64,000 nucleotides of DNA from Anaeromyxobacteraceae bacterium. GTDB lineage: Bacteria; Myxococcota; Myxococcia; Myxococcales; Anaeromyxobacteraceae. The translations under genes and the position numbers were made by a program. The stretch is from assembly GCA_047602405.1 (NCBI GenBank), contig JASGHJ010000001.1:2080001-2144000 (forward strand), written 5' to 3'. The notes beneath the pieces were generated by a model, which was not told the origin of the DNA, did no database searches, and saw nothing but the letters and a program-made list of their open reading frames with translations. Numbering within the stretch: position 1 is the stretch's first letter; each line of letters begins with the position of its first letter. Below, piece after piece: positions 26,871 to 36,037 of this stretch.

Positions 26871-26918
26871 CCGCTCATCCCGAGCGTAGCCTGCCGAAGG
26901 CAGGCCGAGGTCGAAGGA
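26871..26918 (+). repeat. Palindromic REP-like element upstream of the HNH gene
   Basis: CCGCTCATCCCGAGCGTA-GCCTGCC-GAA-GGCAGGC-CGAGGTCGAAGGA. Confidence 0.8.
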
Positions 26919-27095
26919 AGAGCTCCCTCTCGGCGTGGGGACCCGCGGCGGGCGCAGGGCGGGGTTGAGGATCGCGACCGCACTGCGGTGAGGCGGTTGT
27001 GAGGGGGAGGGGCGGCTCGGGTTGGCGCATGTGCGGCGGTTGCGCCAGGCGCGAGGTGACTGTGGGTGAACCCCATCAGGGACGCTCCTGCCCCG

Positions 27096-27140
27096 TGGAC
27101 AGGGTTACTTCACGTGTTATGGTGCTGAACGGGCGTTCAT
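27096..27140 (+). promoter_or_regulatory. Sigma70-like promoter followed by a LexA/SOS-box-like palindrome
   Basis: TGGACA-16 bp-TATGGT, then CTGAAC-GGGC-GTTCAT (27125-27140; GAAC-N4-GTTC). Confidence 0.6.
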
Positions 27141-27163
27141 GCTCCAGCCATGCGAGGTGAGCC

Positions 27164-28357
27164 ATGCGGAACCCGAAGATGATGAGGCTGCACGAGGAGA
27201 TCGGAGAACTGATCACGGGCGAACGTCACAAGCTCGTCGAGTTCCTGCACAAGCTCGACGTCGTCGACCGGGAGCGGGGCTACTGCGAGTTCAACTGCGG
27301 CTCGACCTGGGAGTACCTCACGAAGATGTGGCACCTCTGCGAGGGGACGGCGTCGGCGCGCACCACGGCGATGCGGCTCCTCCGGCGGTTCCCGCGGCTC
27401 GAGGCGGAGCTCGCGAGCGGGCGGCTGAACCCCACCCAGCTCCTCGTGCTCGCGCCCGTACTCACGCCAGCGAACTTCGAGGAGCTCGTCGGGAAGGCGG
27501 CGTGGCTCTCGAAGCGGAAGACGCTCGAGCTCGTGGTGGCCATCCAGGCGCGGGCCGTCCCGGCAGACGGGGTCAGGAGGCTGCCGCGGGAATCGGCGCC
27601 TGCGAAGGTCGCCGACCCGGTGGCGGTCGCGGATGCGGGAACGGTGGCTGTACCCGGTCAGATGAATTCACAACATCCGGAAGTTGTAACCGAGACGTTG
27701 GTACTCACGGCGCCCACGGCACCGGTGGTGGCTCTGCGCCGCTCCGACCGCGGCGAAATCGTGCCGGTCGCGAAGGACGAGTTCCAGCTCCGGGCGCACA
27801 TGGACGAGGAGACGAACCGGCTGTTCGAGGAGCTCGCGGGCCTGCTCGCGAACGTCGTGCCCGACCGCGCGCCGGCGAAGCTCCTCGCGATCATGGTGCG
27901 CGACTCGCTCGAGGCGCAGAAGCGGAAGCGCGGGCTGCTGAAGCCGACGCGTGCGCGGAAGCCGGTGCCTGAGAAGGAGCCGACGCCGGGGATCCGGCAG
28001 CCGGTGCCGGATGCGGTACGGCGGGCGGTGCTCGAGCGGGATGGGTACCGGTGCAGGTTCGGGGAGGAGGAGGGGCATCGCTGCGAGACCACCGAGAACC
28101 TGACCATGGAGCACAAGGACGGGGCGCTCGTGACGGGGTCGTCGACGATCGACGAGCTCCTCACGTACTGCTTCCCGCACAACATCTACGCCGCGTTCCT
28201 CAAGTTCGGGCCGGAGTTCATGCTGCGGAAGATCGAGGAGGCGCGGGCGGAGCGAGAGGCGAGGCGGGAGGGCACATCGCCAGACGTGCTCGTCGACGCA
28301 GCACCGCCGGACCCCGTCGCGAAGGAGGAGGTCGCGGAGTACGGCGCTGCGGCCTGA
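27164..28357 (+). CDS. DUF222-like protein with a C-terminal HNH-type nuclease domain
   Basis: Helical N-terminus (L..VDRERGY.E....S.WEYL......SE/CEG.A..R), Pro-rich linker, R.VP.AVRRAV.ERDGYRC...C......EH...C..HN. Confidence 0.75.
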   Translation: MRNPKMMRLHEEIGELITGERHKLVEFLHKLDVVDRERGYCEFNCGSTWEYLTKMWHLCEGTASARTTAMRLLRRFPRLEAELASGRLNPTQLLVLAPVLTPANFEELVGKAAWLSKRKTLELVVAIQARAVPADGVRRLPRESAPAKVADPVAVADAGTVAVPGQMNSQHPEVVTETLVLTAPTAPVVALRRSDRGEIVPVAKDEFQLRAHMDEETNRLFEELAGLLANVVPDRAPAKLLAIMVRDSLEAQKRKRGLLKPTRARKPVPEKEPTPGIRQPVPDAVRRAVLERDGYRCRFGEEEGHRCETTENLTMEHKDGALVTGSSTIDELLTYCFPHNIYAAFLKFGPEFMLRKIEEARAEREARREGTSPDVLVDAAPPDPVAKEEVAEYGAAA

Positions 28358-28410
28358 CCTCGACTCCGTCGCCCTTCCACAGGCCCAGGGCGAGCGGACC
28401 GGGCCTGCGT

Positions 28411-29061
28411 TCACGCCGCCCGCCGGCCCGTCAGCACCACGCCGTAGCCGGAGAGCGCGGGCGTGGCCTTCACGTCGGCCAGGCCGGCGGCGCGGCCGAG
28501 CGCGACGAGCGCGTCGGGCGTGAAGCGGCGGTGGAGGCCGGACATGCCGCGCCACATCACCATCGCGAGGAGGTGGCGCGGGCCGTCGCGGAGGGCGTCG
28601 CGCGCGCTCGCCTCGCCGGCGGCGGGCTCGAGGAACGCGAGGCCGCCGCCGGGGCGGAGCACGCGGACCACCTCGGCGAGCGCGGCGGCGGGGTCGGGGA
28701 GGAGGTACAGCAGGCTGTGGCCGGTGGCGCCGTCGAAGGCGCCGGTGCGTACGGGCAGGCGCAGGGCGTCGGCGCGGAGGAGGGGCAGGGGCACCCCCGC
28801 CGCGCTGGCGCGGGCGGCGGCGGTGCGGACCATCGCGGCGGAGAGGTCGAGGCCGACGTGCAACCGCGCGGGATCGGCGCGCGCCATCTCGAGCGCGCTC
28901 GTGCCGGGGCCGATGCCGAGGTCGAGCACGCGCGGGCCGGGGACGAGCGCGGCCATCTCGCGGCAGTCGCGGCGCCAGCCCTCGCCGCCGGTGAGCGCCT
29001 CGTAGACGAACGAGGCCGGGCCGAAGGCGAGCTTCGCGTAGGTCCGGCCGAGGGCGTTCAC
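28411..29061 (-). CDS. Class I SAM-dependent methyltransferase (UbiE-like)
   Basis: VLDLGIGPG, GLDLS..M, ADA.RLP....FD, L.EV.RVLRPGG. Confidence 0.88.
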   Translation of the reverse strand: MNALGRTYAKLAFGPASFVYEALTGGEGWRRDCREMAALVPGPRVLDLGIGPGTSALEMARADPARLHVGLDLSAAMVRTAAARASAAGVPLPLLRADALRLPVRTGAFDGATGHSLLYLLPDPAAALAEVVRVLRPGGGLAFLEPAAGEASARDALRDGPRHLLAMVMWRGMSGLHRRFTPDALVALGRAAGLADVKATPALSGYGVVLTGRRAA

Positions 29062-30062
29062 GGGGAGGCCCCGCCCCGGCGCGCGAGCCGGTCGTGCAGG
29101 AGGCCCCACCGCACGCCGCGGTCGGAGACCACGAGCTCCTCGAAGCCGCCGAGCCGCATCGCCTCGGCGACGACCACACCGCCGGCGAGGATGACGTCGG
29201 CCCGCTTCGGCTCCATGCCAGGCAGCGCGGCGCGGGCGGTCACGGCGAGCCCGGCGAGCCGGTCGACCACCGCGTCCACCTGCGCGAGCGTCAGCGTCGA
29301 GCCGTGGACCCTGTCTGCGTCGTACGCGGGCAGCGCCTGCTCGACCGCGGCGAGCGTCGTGACCGTGCCGGCGATGCCGACGAGGCGCGCGCCGGGCGCG
29401 CGGGCGGCGAGCGACGTGATGGGCGCGAGCGCGGCGCGGGCGCCCGCGACGAGCGCGGCGCGGTCGGCCGGTGACAAGGGGTCGGTGCGGACGTGCCGCT
29501 CGGTGAGCCGCACCGCGCCGACCTGCAGGCTGGTGCGGGCGTCGGGCGCGGCGCCCCGGCCCACGATGAACTCGGTCGAGCCGCCGCCGACGTCGAGGAC
29601 GGCAAGCGCCGCCTCTGGGGCGGTGGAGGTGGCCCGCTTGACGGTCGCCGGACCCCCGAAATCCCTCCACGCGCTCGCGTACACGAGCCGCGCCTCCTCG
29701 TCGCCGCCGATGATCTCGGGCTCCAGCCCCGCCGCGGCCCGGGCGGCCTCGAAGAACTCCCCGCCGTTGGCGGCGTCGCGCGCCGCGCTCGTCGCGACGC
29801 AGATGATCTCGGTCGCCCCGAGCGCCCGCGCCTCGCGCGCGTAGTCGGCGAGCACGGCCACGGTGCGCGCGATGGCGGCGGGGTCGAGCCGGCCGGTCGC
29901 GTCGACGCCCTTCCCGAGCCGGGTGATCTCGGCGCGCTCCTTCACCGCCACGAGGGCCTCGCCGCGCACCTCCGCGACGAGCAGGAGGACGGTGTTCGTC
30001 CCGACGTCGATGGCGGCCAGCCGGGCCGGCGCCGCCGCCCCCGGGGCCGGCCCGCCGCTCAC
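29058..30062 (-). CDS. ppx: Ppx/GppA family exopolyphosphatase
   Basis: AAIDVGTNTV, ITRLG.GV, ATSAARDAANG, DVGGGSTE, GIAGTVTT, RADVILAG, VSDRGVRWG. Confidence 0.9.
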   Translation of the reverse strand: MSGGPAPGAAAPARLAAIDVGTNTVLLLVAEVRGEALVAVKERAEITRLGKGVDATGRLDPAAIARTVAVLADYAREARALGATEIICVATSAARDAANGGEFFEAARAAAGLEPEIIGGDEEARLVYASAWRDFGGPATVKRATSTAPEAALAVLDVGGGSTEFIVGRGAAPDARTSLQVGAVRLTERHVRTDPLSPADRAALVAGARAALAPITSLAARAPGARLVGIAGTVTTLAAVEQALPAYDADRVHGSTLTLAQVDAVVDRLAGLAVTARAALPGMEPKRADVILAGGVVVAEAMRLGGFEELVVSDRGVRWGLLHDRLARRGGASP

Positions 30063-31352
30063 GGCGTCACCGGACCCCACACCGGCGCGGTCAGCTCGCC
30101 CGCGCCCTGCACGACCACCGTCTGCCGCTCGCCCTTCGGGTCCGACACCACGAGCGCCGGCGGGCCGCCGCGATCGGTCTTGAAGACGAGCAGGCGGCCG
30201 TTGGGGGCCCAGCTCGGCTCCTCGTTCGTGCGCCCCTGGTCCTGGGTCACGCGCGAGAATCCGGCCGGAGTCGACCGCCACCACGAACACGTCGAAGACC
30301 TTCCGCTCGTCGCGGCCGGTGAAGGCGATGAGGTCGCCGCGCGGGCTCCAGGCCGGGGTCTGGTTGTAGTTGCCCTGGAAGGTGAGCCGCCGCGGGGCGC
30401 CGCCCTCCGCCGACACGAGGTAGAGCTGTGGCGTGCCGGCCCGGTCGGAGACGAAGACCAGGCGCTTGCCGTCCGGCGACCACGACGGCGAGAGGTCGAG
30501 GGCGGGCTCGCGGGTGATCTTGCGCGCGTTCGAGCCGTCGGCGCCGGACACCCAGACGTCGCTGTTCGCGCCCTCGGTGACGGTGAAGGCGATCTGCCGG
30601 CCGTCCGGCGAGTAGACGCCGCCCATCGCGTTCGGGATGGCGACGAGCCGGCGGAAGGCGCGGTCGGCGAGCCGGTAGGTCCAGAGCTCCGGGCGGCCGC
30701 CACGGTAGCTCGTGACGAGGATCTCGGCGCCGTCCGGGCGCCACGACGGCGCGAGGAGGATGCTCCGCTCCGAGAGGAGCACCCGCGGGTTCTTGCCGTC
30801 GGCGTCGAGCAGCACGAGGTCCCAGGTGCTGCCGTTCCGCCGCACGGTCGCGACGCGGGACGAGAACACCCCGGGCTCGCGCGTGTAGTACGAGACGATC
30901 GCGTCGGCGATGCGGTGACCGAGGAGGCGCGGCTCGCCGGCGGGGGCGCGCACGGTCTTCCGGAGCGCCTCGCGGCCGGCGCGGACCTCGAAGAGGACGA
31001 GCTCGGCGGCGAGGTCGCCGGTGTCGCGGCGCACGCGGGCGCGGACGAGCCCCTCGGCGCCGACGTCGACCCACCGCGCGAACTTCACGGTCGCGGCGGC
31101 GAGCCCCTCGCCCGGATCGGCGAGGAAGCCCTTCGGGTCGAGCACCTCGAAGAAGCCGGAGAGCGCGAGGTCGCCGCGCACGACCGACGTGAGCTCGGCG
31201 GCCGGGGCGTCGCCGTCGGCGAGGAAGTCCGCGACCGCGATCGACACGGGGCGGAAGGTGGGCGAGTCGACGACGAGCGTGGGCCGGTCCTGCGCCGCGG
31301 CGGGCGCGGCGAGGGCGAGGAGGGCGGCGGCGAGGGCGATCGGTCGGGTCAT
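30059..31352 (-). CDS. tolB: Tol-Pal beta-propeller protein TolB (apparent +1 frameshift at 30257-30261)
   Basis: Signal peptide, TolB N-domain and PD40 repeats (PSWSPDGKRLVFVSDRAGTPQLY, GNYNQTPAWSPRG). The last blade (NEEPSWAPNGR) is in the shifted frame. Length 1294 = 3n+1. Confidence 0.92.
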
Positions 31353-32092
31353 ATCTTGAACATCACCTGGAGGCCGGTCCGGCGGTAGAAGTCGCGCCGG
31401 TCCTGCGGCGGGGGGGGCATGCGCGCGGAGCGGAGGGTCCGCTCCAGCGCCGCGTCGAAGGCGGGGTTGCCGGAGTGTTCCTCGAACCGCCAGCGCCCGA
31501 TGGCGCCGTCGGGCTCGATGTAGAGCAGCACCACCGCCTTCAGGTAGAGCCGCTCCTGCTCCGAGATGGTGGAGGGGACGTCGTAGGAGGAGCGCAGCGC
31601 GCGCTCGACGAGCGCGTGGTAGCGGTCACCCTCGGCGGTGTCGGAGTCGCCGGCGGCGTCGCCGTCCGGATCGCCGTAGCGCTGCTCCTGGGCGACCTCC
31701 TTCCGCACGCGGTTGAGCACGGCGGCGAGGCCGCCGCCGGACGAGGGCGCGGAGGCCTTCGGCGCGGGCTGCTTCGCGGGCGACGGCTTCGCGCCGGGCA
31801 CGGGCGCGGGGGCCGCCGCGGGCGCAGGCTTCGCCTCCGGGACCGGGGGCGCGGCCTGCGGCGCCGGCTCCGGCGCGGGGGCGGGCTCCTCCCTGCGCGG
31901 CAGGAGGTGCTCCGGCTTCTTCTCCCCGAGCCGCACGAGGCGGGCGCGCATCGGCTTCTGGTCGGGGTCGACCGGCGGCGGGACCCGCACCATCGCCCAC
32001 GCGACCAGCGCGACGTGGACCAGCACCGACGCGGTCACCGCCGGCCAGAAGCGCTCGCGGCGCCCGAGCGCCGTGGCGACCGGGATGCTCAC
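31349..32092 (-). CDS. tolA: TolA/TonB family energy transducer
   Basis: TM helix with SVLVH, Pro/Ala/Lys linker, TonB_C-like domain (SGNPAFDAALER); located between tolR and tolB. Confidence 0.8.
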   Translation of the reverse strand: MSIPVATALGRRERFWPAVTASVLVHVALVAWAMVRVPPPVDPDQKPMRARLVRLGEKKPEHLLPRREEPAPAPEPAPQAAPPVPEAKPAPAAAPAPVPGAKPSPAKQPAPKASAPSSGGGLAAVLNRVRKEVAQEQRYGDPDGDAAGDSDTAEGDRYHALVERALRSSYDVPSTISEQERLYLKAVVLLYIEPDGAIGRWRFEEHSGNPAFDAALERTLRSARMPPPPQDRRDFYRRTGLQVMFKI

Positions 32093-32550
32093 TCGCGCGC
32101 CTCGCCGCCGGCGGCGCGCTCGGCGGACGCCGCGCCGGAGGGGTTGGTGATCATGCCGACGTTCAGCACGCCCGCCCGCTGCACCGTCGCCATGACCTCG
32201 ACCACGAAGCCGTAGGGCAGGGCGCGGTCGGCCATGATGAAGAGCTCCTTGTCCTTCTGCGCGCGGACGTTGGCGCGCAGCCGCTGCTCGAGCTCGGCGA
32301 GCGGGATGCGTGCCGGGTCGTCGCTCGTGCCGAGCCAGACGCTCCGGTCGGCCTTGATCGAGAGGACGAGCTTCTGCTCGGTCGCCTCGACCGCCTTCGC
32401 CCGCGCGTCGGGGAGGTTGAGCTCGACGCCCTGCTGGATGAGCGGGGCGGTGACCATGAAGATGATGAGCAGCACCAGCATGACGTCGACGAGCGGCGTC
32501 ACGTTGATCTCGGAGAGGGTCTGGCGGCCAGAGCCGCCCGTGGAGGCCAC
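32089..32550 (-). CDS. tolR: TolR/ExbD
   Basis: SEINVTPLVDVMLVLLIIFMVTAP, ADRALPYGFVVEVM. Confidence 0.93.
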   Translation of the reverse strand: MASTGGSGRQTLSEINVTPLVDVMLVLLIIFMVTAPLIQQGVELNLPDARAKAVEATEQKLVLSIKADRSVWLGTSDDPARIPLAELEQRLRANVRAQKDKELFIMADRALPYGFVVEVMATVQRAGVLNVGMITNPSGAASAERAAGGEARE

Positions 32551-32562
32551 GCGCCGGTTCCC

Positions 32563-33321
32563 CTAGCTGAAGAAGTGCCGCTTCACGATGTTGAGGAAGT
32601 CGTTCGAGAAGTTGGTCATCTCGATGTCGAGCACCCGGATCTTCGAGACGAAGAAGTTGTAGAAGACGACCGCGGGGATGGCGGCGAAGAGGCCGACCGC
32701 GGTCGCGATGAGCGCCTCCGAGATCGGGCGCGCGACGGTGGCCAGGTTGGCGTTGCCCATCCGGTAGATGTCGTGGAACGCCCGCATGATCCCCCACACC
32801 GTGCCGAAGAGGCCGACGAACGGCGCGGCGCTCGCGGTCGTGCCGAGGAAGGGGATGAGCGCCTCGAGGTTGGTCACCTCGGAGGCGGCCGCGCGCTTGA
32901 GCGCCCGCTCCACGTTCTCGAAGCCGCCGAGCTCGGCCTGCATGCCGGCCGGCTCGCCCTCCGCGGTCTTCTGCGCGTTCTTCTGCTGCGCGGTGACCTT
33001 CGAGAGCTCGACGTAGCCCGCGCGGAACACCTGCGAGATCGGGGAGGCGGAGAGGGACTCGGCCGCCTGGTAGATCGCGTCGAGCCGCTTCGACTGCCAG
33101 AACGTCTCCAGGAACTTGACCGAGGCCGCCTGCGCGCGCCGGATCTGGAGCCACTTCTTGACGATGATGGCCCAGGAGATCGCCGAGGCCGACAGGAGGA
33201 GCAGGAGCACGCCGATGCCGACCGGCCCGGAGGCGCGGGCGATCTCGAAGTAGTCGAGCCCGTCCTTCGCCGGCGCGGCGGAGACGAGGGACAGGGCGAT
33301 GGAGCCGATTTGGGTCGTCAT
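32563..33321 (-). CDS. tolQ: TolQ/ExbB
   Basis: SWAII..K, LGTTASAAPFVGLFGTVWGIM, ISEALIATAVGLFAAIPAV. Confidence 0.93.
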   Translation of the reverse strand: MTTQIGSIALSLVSAAPAKDGLDYFEIARASGPVGIGVLLLLLSASAISWAIIVKKWLQIRRAQAASVKFLETFWQSKRLDAIYQAAESLSASPISQVFRAGYVELSKVTAQQKNAQKTAEGEPAGMQAELGGFENVERALKRAAASEVTNLEALIPFLGTTASAAPFVGLFGTVWGIMRAFHDIYRMGNANLATVARPISEALIATAVGLFAAIPAVVFYNFFVSKIRVLDIEMTNFSNDFLNIVKRHFFS

Positions 33322-33563
33322 CTCAGGGATCCGGGAGGTCCGAAGTGTCTATCACGCGGACCGGCCATGCGAAGGAAACGCACGGGGAGCGGGAATCTGC
33401 CAGCCGGCCATGCGAAAAGGGGCTCGGGCGTGACCCGGAGCACACATGTCGCACAGCCCGGGTGTGAAACTGAAACCACGGGATCACCAGGGTCACCACA
33501 CCCGCGCGATCGGGGGACCCCGCGGACCCTGAATGTTTCCAGGGCCGGTCGCGTCCGGCACCA

Positions 33564-33579
33564 TGGCACACGCGTTGCT
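33564..33579 (+). promoter_or_regulatory. Sigma54 -24/-12 promoter
   Basis: TGGCAC-ACGCG-TTGCT, near-consensus, about 70 bp upstream of ATG 33647. Confidence 0.75.
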
Positions 33580-33646
33580 CATCCATAGACGCAGCCACGT
33601 CGGACAGGCAACCCTGGCCTGCCCGACGTCCCAGAGGAGCGAACCC

Positions 33647-34483
33647 ATGACCCGCATCGCCGCCGTGCTCGCCGCCGCGCTCGTCTCCACGGGCTGCATC
33701 GTCACCTCCGACAACCCGCCCTCGTCGACGGGCTCGGTCATCCTCTACTGGGACTTCCTGCGCTACGCGCCCTCGAACGCGGCCCAGCAGAACGGGTTCA
33801 TCCTCTACGACGCGACCCTCGTCGGCTCGGCCGCGAACGCCGCATGCCCCGAGTCCGGCGTCGAGACCGTCGACGTCACCACCCCGAACGGCACGCACAC
33901 GTTCTACTGCCTGATGCCGGCGCAGCAGGGCAGCGGCGTCCAGGGCGTCATCCTCGACAACCTCCCCACCGGCAACATCACGATCCGGCTCCAGGGCTGG
34001 CGGCGCGACGGCGGCGTGGACCGCGTGCTGTGGGACGGCAACTACACCGTCAACGTGAGGGGCGGCGTCGAGACCCAGGCCGTCATCGACGTGGACCCGG
34101 TGACGCAGCCCATCGACGTGGGCGGCACGTTCTTCACCACGCAGACGAACCAGTTCTACGCGACCTGCAACGAGGCCTCGAACCCGCGCGTCGACTACGA
34201 GGTCCGCGACGGCCTCGGCGAGCTCGTGCTGGTGGACAGCGTCGCGTGCCCGGTCGGCGCGGGCGCGAGCCCGCTGCCCATCATCGCCGACACGCTCGAC
34301 CTCGACGTCTACACGATCCGGCTGAAGGGCTACACGGGCAACCCGGCCCAGCGCACGTTCGACGCCTGCGTCGACGAGCAGCACAAGACCTGGGCGTTCG
34401 ATCACTTCGCGAACGACGCCGGCGCCAACGCGCTCACCTTCCAGCTCACCACGGGCGCGACCGGCCCGAAGTGCTCGCCGTAA
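33647..34483 (+). CDS. Cys-rich beta-rich lipoprotein of unknown function
   Basis: RBS AGAGGAG, lipobox STGC, paired cysteines, two-domain organisation. Confidence 0.75.
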   Translation: MTRIAAVLAAALVSTGCIVTSDNPPSSTGSVILYWDFLRYAPSNAAQQNGFILYDATLVGSAANAACPESGVETVDVTTPNGTHTFYCLMPAQQGSGVQGVILDNLPTGNITIRLQGWRRDGGVDRVLWDGNYTVNVRGGVETQAVIDVDPVTQPIDVGGTFFTTQTNQFYATCNEASNPRVDYEVRDGLGELVLVDSVACPVGAGASPLPIIADTLDLDVYTIRLKGYTGNPAQRTFDACVDEQHKTWAFDHFANDAGANALTFQLTTGATGPKCSP

Positions 34484-34513
34484 CCGGGCCTCGCCCTCGC
34501 TCCGCTCCGTCCG

Positions 34514-34544
34514 CGGGCCGCCCTCCGGCGGCCCGTTCCTTTTT
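34514..34544 (+). terminator. Rho-independent terminator
   Basis: CGGGCCGCC-CTCC-GGCGGCCCG followed by TTCCTTTTT. Confidence 0.75.
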
Positions 34545-34575
34545 CCCGGCACCGGGCGTATGACTGCGCGCCGGA

Positions 34576-35358
34576 ATGGCCAGGATCGGGATCTTCGACT
34601 CGGGCGTGGGCGGCCTCACGGTGCAGCGGGCGGTGCTCGAGGCCGTGCCGGGCGCGAGCACGCTCTACCTCGGCGACACGGCGCGCGTGCCCTACGGCAC
34701 CAAGTCCGCCGAGACGGTCACCGCGTACTCGCTGCGCAACGCCCGCCTGCTCGCCTCGCACGGCATCGACCTGCTCGTCGTCGCGTGCAACACCGCCTCC
34801 GCGGTCGCGCTCCCCGCGCTCCGCGCGGAGCTCGCCGTGCCGGTGCTCGGGGTGGTCGATCCCGGCGCCCGCGTCGCGGCGACCGCCTCCCGCACCGGCC
34901 GCATCGGCGTCATCGGCACGCAGGGGACCATCGCGAGCGGCGCCTACCAGGAGGCGATCCGCCGGGCGCGCCCCGACGCCGAGGTGTTCGCGCGCGCCTG
35001 CCCGCTCTTCGTGCCGCTCGCCGAGGAGGGCTGGACCGAGCCGGACGACGAGGTCGTCCGCGCGGTGGTCCGCCGGTACCTCGCCCCGGTGCGCGAGGCG
35101 AAGGTCGACACGCTCGTGCTCGGCTGCACGCACTACCCGCTGCTCGAGCGGGCGATCGCGGAGGAGCTGCCCGGCGTGCTCCTCGTCGACTCCGCGGAGT
35201 CCATCGCCGACGAGGTGGCCGAGCGGTTCCCGGACGACGTCCAGCGGGAGCCCGCGTCGCACCGGTTCTTCGTGACCGACGCGCCGGCGCGATTCCTCGC
35301 GGTGGCGGGCCGCTTCCTGGGCCGCCCCGTGGAGCAGGCCGAGCACGTCGACGTGTGA
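34576..35358 (+). CDS. murI: Glutamate racemase
   Basis: IGIFDSGVGGLTV, DTARVPYGTKS, ACNTAS, LGCTHYP. Confidence 0.97.
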   Translation: MARIGIFDSGVGGLTVQRAVLEAVPGASTLYLGDTARVPYGTKSAETVTAYSLRNARLLASHGIDLLVVACNTASAVALPALRAELAVPVLGVVDPGARVAATASRTGRIGVIGTQGTIASGAYQEAIRRARPDAEVFARACPLFVPLAEEGWTEPDDEVVRAVVRRYLAPVREAKVDTLVLGCTHYPLLERAIAEELPGVLLVDSAESIADEVAERFPDDVQREPASHRFFVTDAPARFLAVAGRFLGRPVEQAEHVDV

Positions 35359-35463
35359 GGTGCGTCCCCGATCCGGTCAGCGCGTGTAGGTGCGCGTCGT
35401 CAGGGGGCTTTTCGTTGGCCGTCGGCTTGCTGCTCCGCACCCGGGGCGGTACAGTCGAGCAGA

Positions 35464-36009
35464 ATGACGGTCGAAGCGAAAAAGATGGTGGTGGGGTTCA
35501 ACCACAACATCAAGCACAAGGGAAAGATGTACCACATCCAGACCGAGGACTCGGGCCTGGAGAACCCCCACATCATCACGCACCTCTTCGTCGGCGGGAA
35601 CATCCTCGCGTCGAAGAAGACCTCCTACGCGGACATCGTCGGCGCGGACAACCTCGCGACCGTGGTGCGCGAGCTGATGGAGGAGCAGCACAAGGAGATG
35701 CTCCGCAACCTCATCAACGGCGTCTACGACGACATCGACGCCGCCTACGGTGAGAAGGCCGGCCACTACGCGCCCGGGCAGATCCACGCCGACGGCCGCG
35801 AGGTGCAGATGCAGACCGGCGTGCCGATGCCCGCCGACGCGGGCCCGAAGGAGCTCCCGCCCGAGGTGATCGAGGCCCGCAAGGAGCCCGCGCCGCAGCT
35901 CAGGTCCGACGGCGCCGAGACGCTCTTCGGCGAGGACCTCATCAGCGAGAAGAGCCTCGACGAGGTGATCCTCTCGTACCTCGCCGAGGACCTCGGGGAG
36001 CGCAAGTAG
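35464..36009 (+). CDS. romY: RomY-like polarity protein (MglB GAP co-factor)
   Basis: Conserved N-domain GFNHNIKHKGK.YHIQTEDSG..NPHIITHLF and C-terminal SLDEVILSYL; position immediately upstream of ftsEX as recalled for Myxococcus romY. Confidence 0.7.
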   Translation: MTVEAKKMVVGFNHNIKHKGKMYHIQTEDSGLENPHIITHLFVGGNILASKKTSYADIVGADNLATVVRELMEEQHKEMLRNLINGVYDDIDAAYGEKAGHYAPGQIHADGREVQMQTGVPMPADAGPKELPPEVIEARKEPAPQLRSDGAETLFGEDLISEKSLDEVILSYLAEDLGERK

Positions 36010-36037
36010 CGCCGCCGGCGCCGGGAGGCCCGCGCCC

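Noticed and set aside
27164..28357. IscB/Cas9-like RNA-guided nuclease
   Set aside because: No PLMP or RuvC motifs and no recognisable omegaRNA or array; the architecture fits DUF222-like HNH proteins.
29058..31352. Apparent TolB-Ppx fusion protein (764 aa)
   Set aside because: Created by the single-base insertion at 30257-30261. Repair gives a complete TolB ending at 30059 and a separate ppx with a GTGA overlap.
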